Origin: a virus
Lineage: Duplodnaviria > Caudoviricetes
Virus record (IMG/VR): IMGVR_UViG_3300030097_000522
Span: 1 to 36,600 of that record
Reading direction: 5' to 3' (one strand)
DNA length: 36,600 nt
The first letter of the stretch is position 1; every line of letters begins with the position of its first letter. Shown in pieces: positions 8,080 to 15,990 of this stretch. Below the pieces are notes generated by a model. That model saw only the letters and a program-made list of their open reading frames with translations, searched no databases and was not told the DNA's origin. The translations under genes and the position numbers were made by a program.

Positions 8080-8358
8080 ATGACCGACGCCGTTGAAATG
8101 CCAAAGTACCGCAGCCACAAGGAAGTATGGGCGCTGCGGATCGCTGCAATTGAAGTCCACGAGGACAAGTCTGCGACCATCGCACCGGAAGATGAAGGCT
8201 ACGCTGTGTTCAAGACAAAGCCCGGATGGGCCGAGCGCTTCAAGGGCAGTGAAGAAGACCATGGCGTCTATGTCGTTTACGATGATGGCTACGCCTCGTG
8301 GTCGCCAAGCGCCGCATTCGACAAGGGTTACACCTCGATCAGTTCCCTGTCCAAATAG
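8080..8358 (+). CDS. Conserved phage protein with a YVVYxDGYxSWSP motif
   Basis: KYRSHKEVWA...GVYVVYDDGYASWSPSAAFDKGY; AAGGA RBS. Confidence 0.7.
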   Translation: MTDAVEMPKYRSHKEVWALRIAAIEVHEDKSATIAPEDEGYAVFKTKPGWAERFKGSEEDHGVYVVYDDGYASWSPSAAFDKGYTSISSLSK

Positions 8359-8371
8359 CCCGGATCTCGAC

Positions 8372-8617
8372 ATGGTTTGCATTCATCGCGACGTTTCCGA
8401 AGAAGCCTTCGACCAGAACGGAAAGCAAATCACGGTTCATCTGTGCAGCTTTCCGGACAACAACCCGGATCGCTTTGTCGATGCGCCGCGATGGCTGCTT
8501 CGGATGATCGGGGCTGGATTGGCAATCGACCCGGAGAAAGATTGCGTCGACTGTCCGGCGTTCCAAAAGCCTAAGGCCAATGCGCTCCCATCGGGCCTGT
8601 ACGGGTCAAGAAAATAA
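8372..8617 (+). CDS. Small Cys-rich, possibly Zn-binding hypothetical protein
   Basis: CxH...C...CxxC; follows the preceding gene. Confidence 0.5.
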   Translation: MVCIHRDVSEEAFDQNGKQITVHLCSFPDNNPDRFVDAPRWLLRMIGAGLAIDPEKDCVDCPAFQKPKANALPSGLYGSRK

Positions 8618-8635
8618 TCTGATCCGGCCGCCTTG

Positions 8636-8980
8636 CTATGTGCAGTTGTTGCGGGCAGCGGCGGCTTCAAGGGCGTTCACCTTGCCCTTGCTCACCGCAA
8701 CCGCGCCTTCATTATCACTGCCGACCATGCTTGAAACCGGTAGACCTATCATGAACACGCCAAACGCATCGCCCGTTGCCGCATCATTCTGTTTCTGTGA
8801 CAGCTTGAACAGCTCGATCTTTTCCGCGGCGAGATCCGCCTTGATCCGATCGCATGAGTGCCCCGCATAGGCGTCAGAAGGTATCGGTGCTGCTGCGATC
8901 GCGCCGGGCCGCTTGGCGCAGCCTCCAGCCGCAATCAGGGCGCCAAGCCCGGCACACAAAACGACAGTTCCAAGTTTCAT
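8636..8980 (-). CDS. Lipoprotein moron (possible superinfection exclusion)
   Basis: Signal peptide with AGG/C lipobox; GGAGG RBS; own promoter TTGACG(9029-9034)-N18-TAGCAT(9005-9010) on the minus strand. Confidence 0.7.
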   Translation of the reverse strand: MKLGTVVLCAGLGALIAAGGCAKRPGAIAAAPIPSDAYAGHSCDRIKADLAAEKIELFKLSQKQNDAATGDAFGVFMIGLPVSSMVGSDNEGAVAVSKGKVNALEAAAARNNCT

Positions 8981-9058
8981 CGCAACCCCTCCATCATCGC
9001 TAGAATGCTACAGGGACGCACAACCATTCGTCAATCGGCTTGAAAGCCGCAAACGAAT

Positions 9059-9088
9059 GCCCGCGGTTCGGCGGAACCGCGGGCTTTT
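9059..9088. terminator. Intrinsic, probably bidirectional, terminator
   Basis: GCCCGCGGTTC-GGCG-GAACCGCGGGC-TTTT. Confidence 0.7.
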
Positions 9089-9164
9089 CCACAAGATAAA
9101 TGTGCTCCGAGTTGCTGCGAGTTCCGGGATGCCCCGGCGCAAATGCCGCCGCGTGCGGCAGATC

Positions 9165-9329
9165 TCATTTCCCTGTTTTAAGGCCAGCTGCCGATGTTTC
9201 TCGCCAAGAGCTGCTGCGAACGCGGCATTTGCATCGCTCGCAGATGAAGCCGTTGCGGTCAACAGTCGTTGTTTCCAAGTCGAAATGATGGCCGAAGTAA
9301 CGGCAGATCAATTTAAGCAGTTTCTTCAT
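9165..9329 (-). CDS. Small DUF1660-like phage protein
   Basis: LICRYFGHHF...CERC; ATGA overlap with the integrase stop. Confidence 0.6.
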   Translation of the reverse strand: MKKLLKLICRYFGHHFDLETTTVDRNGFICERCKCRVRSSSWRETSAAGLKTGK

Positions 9330-10612
9330 TTGTCTAGCGCCCATGCCGACAGCTTGGCGATCGCGGAGCGCGCCAGCTCCGGGTGCATGCCGAGGTAATG
9401 TTTCAGCACGTCCTGAATTGTCTTGAGCGAATGCCCGGTGATCGAGGCGATTTCGGCAATATCGCAGCCGGCCAGCGCAAGCCATGTCACGGCCGTGTCG
9501 CGCAGATCCTGATCGTGGAAATCGGCAAGCGTGGCGACGGGCTCGAAGCCGTCAAGCGCTGCCGTCAGGTCAAGGCCGCGCGTGATCGATCGGGCGACCT
9601 GGCCGAGCTTGCCATCTGCCGGCAGCACGCCGGTGCTGGCCACTGTGGCCACAATGCGAAACAGCTTGCGATACCAATCGGCTTGAAAAGGGCGTTTAGC
9701 GCGCTCGTCGAGCACAATCTCGGGATAATTGACGCGCCAGTCCTTGCGGCGCAGGCGGGCGGCATCGAGCCGCGCAGCAAGGTCCGCGCTCACAGGGATC
9801 AACAGCGGCTGGCCGTGCTTTTTCTGCTGCCGGAACAGGATGGCATCATCGACGATCTGGCCGCCGGCAAGCGAAAGCCTGTCAGCCTGGCGCTGTCCCG
9901 TCCAGACACCAAGCAACACCGCGTCGCCGATCTCCGGAAGGCCGAGCCGATCGGCCGCATCGACCAGGGCGGCGATCTCGTGCCGTTCGGCATAGCGAAT
10001 GCGCGGCGCAGGCACCGGCAGCTGCTGACCGATGACCGGGTTTGCCGACAGGCCGAGCCGCTTCTGGCCAAACTTCCATGCGACGGACAGAAGCGCGCGC
10101 ACCGAGCGCGTGGTGGCGAGCCCATGCTTTTGCTCGATCTTGTCAAGCACGCCTTCCAGAGCTGCCGGGCTGATAGCGGCCGCCGGCGAATGCCAGATCA
10201 GCCCGTCATCAAGGTTCTCGAGAACGCGGGAAGCGTTGTTGTATTGCCGGATAGTATGCGGCGAGCAGGCGGCGCGGCTCTTGCGTCCGCGGCTGACTGC
10301 CTTGCCCTGATAGTGATCCTGTTCCAGACAGCGGCTCACCATGATCGAGACGGTGACAACATCGGCAGAAAAGCGCGGCCGGGCCTTGTGATCCGCCACC
10401 GCCTTGGCGCGGGTTTCGCGCATCGCTTCGATTTCCGCCATGCGCCGAGCGGACCAGGCGATGCATTCATCAAGCGTGAACCATGCCCCGTCCGGCCCAT
10501 GGCGCAGATCCTCGCCCTTGAAGCCAAGCTTGCGCTGTGCCGCCGACGCGAAGAAGCGCGGCCGGCCATCGCGCCAGGTGACAAGCGGGATCTTGACGGT
10601 GATGGTGCCCAT
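9326..10612 (-). CDS. int: Tyrosine integrase
   Basis: TGQR (R), QKK (K), QDLRDTAVT, ITGHS, KHY; start re-assigned to ATG 10612 (GAGG RBS). Confidence 0.93.
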   Translation of the reverse strand: MGTITVKIPLVTWRDGRPRFFASAAQRKLGFKGEDLRHGPDGAWFTLDECIAWSARRMAEIEAMRETRAKAVADHKARPRFSADVVTVSIMVSRCLEQDHYQGKAVSRGRKSRAACSPHTIRQYNNASRVLENLDDGLIWHSPAAAISPAALEGVLDKIEQKHGLATTRSVRALLSVAWKFGQKRLGLSANPVIGQQLPVPAPRIRYAERHEIAALVDAADRLGLPEIGDAVLLGVWTGQRQADRLSLAGGQIVDDAILFRQQKKHGQPLLIPVSADLAARLDAARLRRKDWRVNYPEIVLDERAKRPFQADWYRKLFRIVATVASTGVLPADGKLGQVARSITRGLDLTAALDGFEPVATLADFHDQDLRDTAVTWLALAGCDIAEIASITGHSLKTIQDVLKHYLGMHPELARSAIAKLSAWALDK

Positions 10613-10736
10613 CGGTTTTGCCTCACGTGGCGCACCGCTCGCTTTGCTCGCTGCCGCTCCGGCAGGGCGCGAAACGGTTCGCGTCGGCCGGTCGGCCTTG
10701 CGGCCTACGGCCGGGGCGGATGCTTCAAAGGACTGG

Positions 10737-10765
10737 AGCATGGCGAGGTTCCTTGCGGTTGTCAA
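10737..10765 (-). promoter_or_regulatory. Putative integrase promoter
   Basis: TTGACA-N17-CATGCT. Confidence 0.6.
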
Positions 10766-11154
10766 AAGGGGAAGCTGTCGGGATGCGGTTCCTTGGTCAG
10801 CGTGTCGCGGTGAAAGTCGGCTTCCTCAAGGGTGCTGCCGTTCATCCAGATACAACATATCTCGACGCATCCAACTGACGATATCGTCATCATCCGGCTT
10901 TCGGATTTCAGCCGCACAACGTCACCGATCTCGAACATGCGAGCCGTTACCGCGGCCTCGTCGGCGCAAGTGATTGGCTCATCCGCGCAGGTCTTGTTGC
11001 TGCCATCAGGAGGTGCAGGTCGCGGGAACGTCCGGTTGAAAACCTCGTCAGGGATCTTGAGGCCCGTGGCAGTCTCCCAGAGAAGGCCTGTTGCTCCGCC
11101 ATCCAATTTGAAGTCCTTGCATATGCCAATGAAAATCTGCATCGGGCCGATCAT
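10762..11154 (-). CDS. Protein with a C-terminal YodC/DUF2158-like domain
   Basis: FEIGDVVRLKS...MMTI...CIW...F...L pattern. Confidence 0.7.
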   Translation of the reverse strand: MIGPMQIFIGICKDFKLDGGATGLLWETATGLKIPDEVFNRTFPRPAPPDGSNKTCADEPITCADEAAVTARMFEIGDVVRLKSESRMMTISSVGCVEICCIWMNGSTLEEADFHRDTLTKEPHPDSFPF

Positions 11155-11174
11155 GGTGACGTCCTTTCATGGTT

Positions 11175-11217
11175 AAGAAAAATCCGGGCGGCGTTACGCG
11201 GGACTCTGCCGCCCGGC
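11175..11217 (-). terminator. Intrinsic terminator in the leftward early operon
   Basis: CCGGGCGGC...GCCGCCCGG followed by ATTTTTCTT on the minus strand. Confidence 0.55.
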
Positions 11218-11276
11218 AGGAGGATCGCGCGTGAGGAATGCCGGGGAGGACGGCGGCGCGATCTCGGGGGATAACT

Positions 11277-11675
11277 CTAGCCGGTCTTGCCTGCTGCAGC
11301 GCCGGGATCAACCGGCAAGCCGAACAGCTCGCCGAGATCGCGCCGGTGCATGGCAAGTTCGGCCTGTATGGCTGCCAGTTCTGAAATGGCGCGATCGCCG
11401 CGATCGAGAAGCGCGTTGATGTCCGCGATCAGGGTTTCGCCCGAGATCCTGCGGCTGCGCCTGGCGGTCATCGCCGCGCGGAAATCCGTCACCGCCTCGT
11501 CCGGATCGATCGCGCGCAATGCCGGGGAAGCCTGATCGCTGGCGCGCGCGGGTCCGCCATCACCGGACGAGGCGGAAAGTGTGCGCCCCGGACACTTCTC
11601 CGACAGCGTGCCGTCAGCACACTGGCAGGCCGGCCATTCGGGGCAGTGGAAATAGCGTTCGGTGAGCAGCGCCAT
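11277..11675 (-). CDS. Hypothetical protein with an N-terminal Cys cluster and a C-terminal coiled coil
   Basis: CPEWPACQC...C; start re-assigned to just after the upstream stop. Confidence 0.55.
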   Translation of the reverse strand: MALLTERYFHCPEWPACQCADGTLSEKCPGRTLSASSGDGGPARASDQASPALRAIDPDEAVTDFRAAMTARRSRRISGETLIADINALLDRGDRAISELAAIQAELAMHRRDLGELFGLPVDPGAAAGKTG

Positions 11676-11676
11676 G

Positions 11677-11973
11677 TCAGTTTCCCTTGCGGTTCTTGCG
11701 TTCATAGATAATGTCAAGCACGTTTTTCCCGGCACCGGTGCAAATGAGGGTGTAGCGGTTGCGCTCAAGCACCTTGCGCACCAGGCCGCGGGCCTCAAGT
11801 TTCAACGCGGTCTTGCGGCTGACCTTGATGTCACCGGCGCGAAATCCGCCGCGCACTGCGGAAAGGTGCAGACGCAGGGCCGCATCAAGCGCCCGGCGTT
11901 CGCTGGCCGACAGCGTTTTCGGATCGGGCAGTGCGCGGGCGGCGATGGCGAGGGCTGGATCGGGCGCAATCAT
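11677..11973 (-). CDS. Small winged-helix protein
   Basis: TALKLEARGLV...TGAG; ATGA coupling. Confidence 0.6.
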   Translation of the reverse strand: MIAPDPALAIAARALPDPKTLSASERRALDAALRLHLSAVRGGFRAGDIKVSRKTALKLEARGLVRKVLERNRYTLICTGAGKNVLDIIYERKNRKGN

Positions 11974-12257
11974 TCCGCCGCCTCCAGATAGCGGGCCTCG
12001 ATATCCCGGCGCAGGGCCTCAAGGTCATGATCTTCGGGATCGAGCAAAGGCGCGCCGGATATGGCCATGGCGGGATCGACGCCGCCCTGGCGATCGATCC
12101 ACTGCAGCACGGCCTTTCGCGACCAGCATTTGACGCCGGGCAGCTTGCGGGGGAAGCCGTGGGATTTGATCAGCGCTGGTGCTGCGTTCTGGAATTTTGG
12201 GCCGGAGGCATATCCGAGCCAGCGCGCCAGCTCATCGGTGTCAATTGTCGGCTGCAT
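11970..12257 (-). CDS. Excisionase/AlpA-like HTH protein
   Basis: DELARWLG...GFPRKL...WSRKAVLQWI; first gene of the leftward operon leading to int. Confidence 0.7.
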   Translation of the reverse strand: MQPTIDTDELARWLGYASGPKFQNAAPALIKSHGFPRKLPGVKCWSRKAVLQWIDRQGGVDPAMAISGAPLLDPEDHDLEALRRDIEARYLEAAE

Positions 12258-12267
12258 GCGATCTCTC

Positions 12268-12320
12268 CACAGTGCAAATCACTGTGTGAGAAAATGTGAG
12301 AAAGATCACATAATGTCAAG
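12268..12320 (-). promoter_or_regulatory. Leftward early promoter with operator
   Basis: CTTGACA (12314-12320, minus strand); TGTGA-N6-TCACA at 12295-12310; CACAGTG/CACTGTG IR at 12268-12286. Confidence 0.7.
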
Positions 12321-12396
12321 AATAATCACGCGACAATCTGTTTCATATGAAACGCTGGGGAAAAAATTAATCATGCCTGTAGATGTTTCGGTGATC

Positions 12397-13029
12397 TCAA
12401 GCCGCGCGGCGCGGCCGGATAGACGACACGATGACGCCGCGGACAACGACAGAATTGTTGTCGACGAGAAGCGGGCGCCGGGTGCTCTGGTCCGTTGAAG
12501 CAGAAACCAGAAACGGGTGCTCGTAAATCCGGAAAACCGTCTCCGTTTTGCCGTGGCGATCATAGACCTGGGCGCAGACGGCATCGCCTGGGCGGGGGCG
12601 CTCGTTGAGATCGACGAAGACGATATCACCCGGCATGTAGCCTTCCAGCTCCAGCGCCCTAGACTTCATAACCCATGCATCCAAGCCGTTTTTCGATCGA
12701 TTGATGCTGTTTATGGCGATCTCAAACGGTCCCCAAGCCTGCGCATCCATCGAGATTATCAGCGGCTCAGCCTCACTCTCGGCCAGACCGGAAACGCGGG
12801 GAGCCGGCGCTGTCTGATAGGGCGGTATGCCGCCTACCGACGCAATGCGTTCGATTGAATTGGTCTGCAGCTGGGCCTTGTTGAGCTTGTCATTGAAAAA
12901 GCGCGACAGCGCAGACGGGTCCAGTCCCGCCTCACGGGCAAGCCGGGTCCTGTTCCATCCCCGGTGATCTAGGATGGCGTTGATCCATGCCAATTGTTTG
13001 CGACGGGCGTTTTCCACAAGGGCTAGCAT
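12397..13029 (-). CDS. CI-like repressor (XRE HTH plus S24-like domain, catalytically degenerate)
   Basis: RTRLAREAGLDPSALSRF HTH; PGDIVFVD...PGDAVCA S24 fold; divergent from the cro-like gene. Confidence 0.85.
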   Translation of the reverse strand: MLALVENARRKQLAWINAILDHRGWNRTRLAREAGLDPSALSRFFNDKLNKAQLQTNSIERIASVGGIPPYQTAPAPRVSGLAESEAEPLIISMDAQAWGPFEIAINSINRSKNGLDAWVMKSRALELEGYMPGDIVFVDLNERPRPGDAVCAQVYDRHGKTETVFRIYEHPFLVSASTDQSTRRPLLVDNNSVVVRGVIVSSIRPRRAA

Positions 13030-13068
13030 TGCAGCGCGGTACTCCAAACAAAAGCGCGCGGGTTGTCA

Positions 13069-13120
13069 CTTGACAATGTGCAGCAAATCACACTTTTTTG
13101 TGAAAAGAAAGGAACCTCAC
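13069..13120 (+). promoter_or_regulatory. Rightward early promoter with operator
   Basis: CTTGACA at 13069-13075; TGTGC-N6-TCACA at 13077-13092. Confidence 0.7.
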
Positions 13121-13336
13121 ATGAAGACATGGGCAGAGATCGATGCGAGGCGCGAGGGCTACGGCCTTTCGCGCGCTGAAATGTGCCGTGAACTGGGGAT
13201 ATCCGAAAGCACGGTTTTCAAGGGAATTCAGATGAAGCGACGACCACGCCACAGCCTGCGAAGGGCGGCGGTTGCTTTCTTCGAAAAGCTCGATGCGGCC
13301 AGTGCGGCCAGCGACAAACAGGAAGCAAGCGCATGA
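13121..13336 (+). CDS. Cro-like HTH protein
   Basis: GLSRAEMCRELGISESTV; AAGGA RBS. Confidence 0.8.
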   Translation: MKTWAEIDARREGYGLSRAEMCRELGISESTVFKGIQMKRRPRHSLRRAAVAFFEKLDAASAASDKQEASA

Positions 13337-13569
13337 GATTTTCAGCTTTCATGGGAATGGCGCTGGCTTCGGCAATGTCGGCGCTTCGCTCACATCTGAA
13401 TTCGGCGCCGATGTTGCCATTGCTGCCCATTGGGCAGCCGCGCGGTCCGCAACCCCGCGTTCGCCGATACCGCACCGGCCTGACCTATCCCCACTCCAGC
13501 ACGCGCCAGCGGACACGGTATGCGCGGCAGATCAATGCCGGACAACTCAAGATGGAGATCCGTCCATGA
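13333..13569 (+). CDS. Hypothetical basic protein
   Basis: ATGA overlaps at both ends. Confidence 0.55.
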   Translation: MRFSAFMGMALASAMSALRSHLNSAPMLPLLPIGQPRGPQPRVRRYRTGLTYPHSSTRQRTRYARQINAGQLKMEIRP

Positions 13570-13754
13570 CCGGCCGTTTCCTGCTCAATCTCGTTTTGCT
13601 TGCGCTGGCCTCGATCGGCAGCGCAAGCGTGACGGTCGTGGTGATCATGCCCGGCGTGCCGTTCGCCGATCGCGCGCTGGCGATCGGCTTTCTGTGTTTC
13701 TTTCTCGCCATGGGCGCAAGCGCGGTCCGGCACCTGATGAGGACCGAACCATGA
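13566..13754 (+). CDS. Small two-TM membrane protein
   Basis: Two hydrophobic helices; GGAG RBS; ATGA overlaps. Confidence 0.6.
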   Translation: MTGRFLLNLVLLALASIGSASVTVVVIMPGVPFADRALAIGFLCFFLAMGASAVRHLMRTEP

Positions 13755-13987
13755 GCGGCGGGCTGGATCACCCCTGCCTGACCTGCAGCCTGCCCGATTG
13801 CGACGACACGGACAGCCGCTGCAGCCTTCGCCGCGCCATGGCGAACTACGGCCGCGCCCGGCGCCGCAAGCAGATTACGTCCGAAGTGCGGGCGATGAAT
13901 TCGATCGCCTACCAGGAACTTTACGCCGCCGGCCGCAACGAGCGGCGCAAGGCCAAGACGCAAGGGAGCAGCAGCCATGGGATTTAA
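13751..13987 (+). CDS. Small Cys-rich (Zn-finger-like) protein
   Basis: CLTCSLPDCDDTDSRC. Confidence 0.6.
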   Translation: MSGGLDHPCLTCSLPDCDDTDSRCSLRRAMANYGRARRRKQITSEVRAMNSIAYQELYAAGRNERRKAKTQGSSSHGI

Positions 13988-14441
13988 AGTTATCGAGCCG
14001 GTTCAGGCTTCGCAATCAGGCATCATCAAGTTGCGGACCAAACAGACAAAAGCCGGATGGGGCCTGCTGCTTTCGATCCCGACGACGTGCCTGATCAAGG
14101 CCAAATGGTTCGATCCGCCGCAGGCGCTTGTCGCGATGTTTGGCGATGGGGAGGACCAAGGCAAGCTCCGCCTGCTGGCCGAAACAGAGGCGACAACGGG
14201 CAAGGGCATCAAGCTGGCGATGATGAAGCGCACGGCAATGATACGCCTGCCGCGGCAGGACTGGATGCCGGAAATGGATTTGTCCGCGGAAGACATCGAG
14301 GCGGCCTATGCCGAAGGACAGATCGATCTGACATTGCCGGAATGGGCGTGGAGCAAGGAACGGCAGCGGGCTATCGAGCTCGCGCGCAAGCATAACCGGG
14401 CTGACGCGGCAAAGCGCCTTACGGCAGGCGCGGCACGATGA
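13977..14441 (+). CDS. Hypothetical protein
   Basis: GGAG RBS; operon position. Confidence 0.65.
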   Translation: MGFKVIEPVQASQSGIIKLRTKQTKAGWGLLLSIPTTCLIKAKWFDPPQALVAMFGDGEDQGKLRLLAETEATTGKGIKLAMMKRTAMIRLPRQDWMPEMDLSAEDIEAAYAEGQIDLTLPEWAWSKERQRAIELARKHNRADAAKRLTAGAAR

Positions 14442-14806
14442 CTGACAACCTGCCGATTATCGAGCAACTTGAGCAGGCGACGACATTCATCGAAATGGCG
14501 AAATGGCTGTGCGCCTGTCCGCTGGCTATCTTTGCCAGCCATGGGGATGAGATCGAGGCGATCGTTTCGCAGCGCGGATTTATCATCGGGCAACGATATG
14601 TGTCGGTCTATATCTCCGCCGTGCACAAAACCCGCGAAGCCCGCTTCAAACCGGGATGGCAAGACGAATTCGACGCGGCTGGCGAATTCTCAAAAGACAT
14701 CAAAAATACGGCAAGATCCATGGACCAGGCCGCCCGCGAAACCGCCGGGCTTGATCTCTCATGGCACGCCAGCCGCCAACCTATCGAGGCCGCAAATGCC
14801 GAATGA
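14438..14806 (+). CDS. Hypothetical protein
   Basis: ATGA overlap. Confidence 0.6.
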   Translation: MTDNLPIIEQLEQATTFIEMAKWLCACPLAIFASHGDEIEAIVSQRGFIIGQRYVSVYISAVHKTREARFKPGWQDEFDAAGEFSKDIKNTARSMDQAARETAGLDLSWHASRQPIEAANAE

Positions 14807-15140
14807 GGTTCCCGTGGTCACGCTGATCCATGCCGAGCCGATCGGGGCGCATCCGGGGCGCGAGCGGATCGTGGCGCTTCTGGACAATGGAGACGTGGCC
14901 GTGGCCACGCGGGCGATCGGCGAGGAAAAGGCCGAGGCCGAATTGAGTTTCAACCTGGGTGAGGCGCACCGGCTTTCCGAGCTGGCGCTGGGCGGCAATT
15001 CGACCGCGCTGACCATGCCCGGGCTTTCGCGCATTCTGTGCGCATCTGTCATCGCGTTATCGAGGGCCGCGTTTCAGGCCGGGCTGCTGGAGACGCGCGA
15101 CGATGACCCGGACACCGAACAGACCACGCACGGCCTATAG
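14796..15140 (+). CDS. Hypothetical protein
   Basis: GAGG RBS before MPNEV. Confidence 0.6.
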   Translation: MPNEVPVVTLIHAEPIGAHPGRERIVALLDNGDVAVATRAIGEEKAEAELSFNLGEAHRLSELALGGNSTALTMPGLSRILCASVIALSRAAFQAGLLETRDDDPDTEQTTHGL

Positions 15141-15357
15141 GCCCGACCAGGGCGCAGCGCTTGCCCGGATCGAGGCGCAGCGCAAGAAAAACGGCATCAG
15201 CCGCGAGGTGCTGGCAATTTCCGCAGGCATGAGCGAGCGCACCTACCGCCGCGCAATCTCGAGCGGGCACGCCTGGCCGCGGCAGGTGGAAGCGCTGCGC
15301 ATGACTTTGCGTTCTCTGTCGCGCAACGCGGCGGACGGCAAGGAAATGTTTCCATGA
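15103..15357 (+). CDS. XRE-like HTH protein
   Basis: GISREVLAISAGMSERTYRR. Confidence 0.7.
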   Translation: MTRTPNRPRTAYRPDQGAALARIEAQRKKNGISREVLAISAGMSERTYRRAISSGHAWPRQVEALRMTLRSLSRNAADGKEMFP

Positions 15358-15632
15358 GCAGCGAAGTGGACAGGGCGGCCCGCGTGGCGATGGCCGGGAT
15401 CCGCGTTGCGGTGATTGCCGCCGGGATCCAGGGCCGGGCGCTGGTTTCCGTCACCTATTACTTGACCGTGACGATCTGCAACGTGCCCGGCGCCGTGGTG
15501 GCACGGGCCGCCGGCTGCACACGGCAGAACGTGGCGAAATCCGTGGCGCATGTCGAGGAACGCCGCGAAGACCCGGCTTTCGACCGCGTGCTTTCCGGCA
15601 TCGAACAGGCGTTCGGGGGTGCGGATGCTTGA
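15354..15632 (+). CDS. DnaA C-terminal-like HTH protein
   Basis: VARAAGCTRQNVAKSVAHVEERREDPAFD. Confidence 0.65.
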   Translation: MSSEVDRAARVAMAGIRVAVIAAGIQGRALVSVTYYLTVTICNVPGAVVARAAGCTRQNVAKSVAHVEERREDPAFDRVLSGIEQAFGGADA

Positions 15633-15990
15633 TCGATCGATCCCGGTGACCGCGCACGCGGTGCTTAGATACATGACGCGGATCATGCGGCTGCGTCTTG
15701 ACGGTTTGGAAAAGCGCCACGGACGCACGTCAAACCTGCAGGTGCTGACAGAAGCGGCAGCGCTGCACCGGCTCGACCTGCCGACGCTGCAGCGGACGAT
15801 CTGCCCGCCGCACCTTGAGCCGGCCGGGCGCGGCGGGGCATGCCGCATATCGACCGGCGCCTATTCCCTGATCTGCGACGGCGGCGTTGTGGTGACGATC
15901 GTCGAGCGCAGGCAACGGCCCACAAAAGCCAGAACCGAAGGCGAGTTGAGGCGCGAGCGCGGCCGCAGAAACAGGCGGTGGAACGCATGA
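15625..15990 (+). CDS. Hypothetical protein with an HAxxRY motif
   Basis: VTAHAVLRY...VVVTI. Confidence 0.6.
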   Translation: MLDRSIPVTAHAVLRYMTRIMRLRLDGLEKRHGRTSNLQVLTEAAALHRLDLPTLQRTICPPHLEPAGRGGACRISTGAYSLICDGGVVVTIVERRQRPTKARTEGELRRERGRRNRRWNA

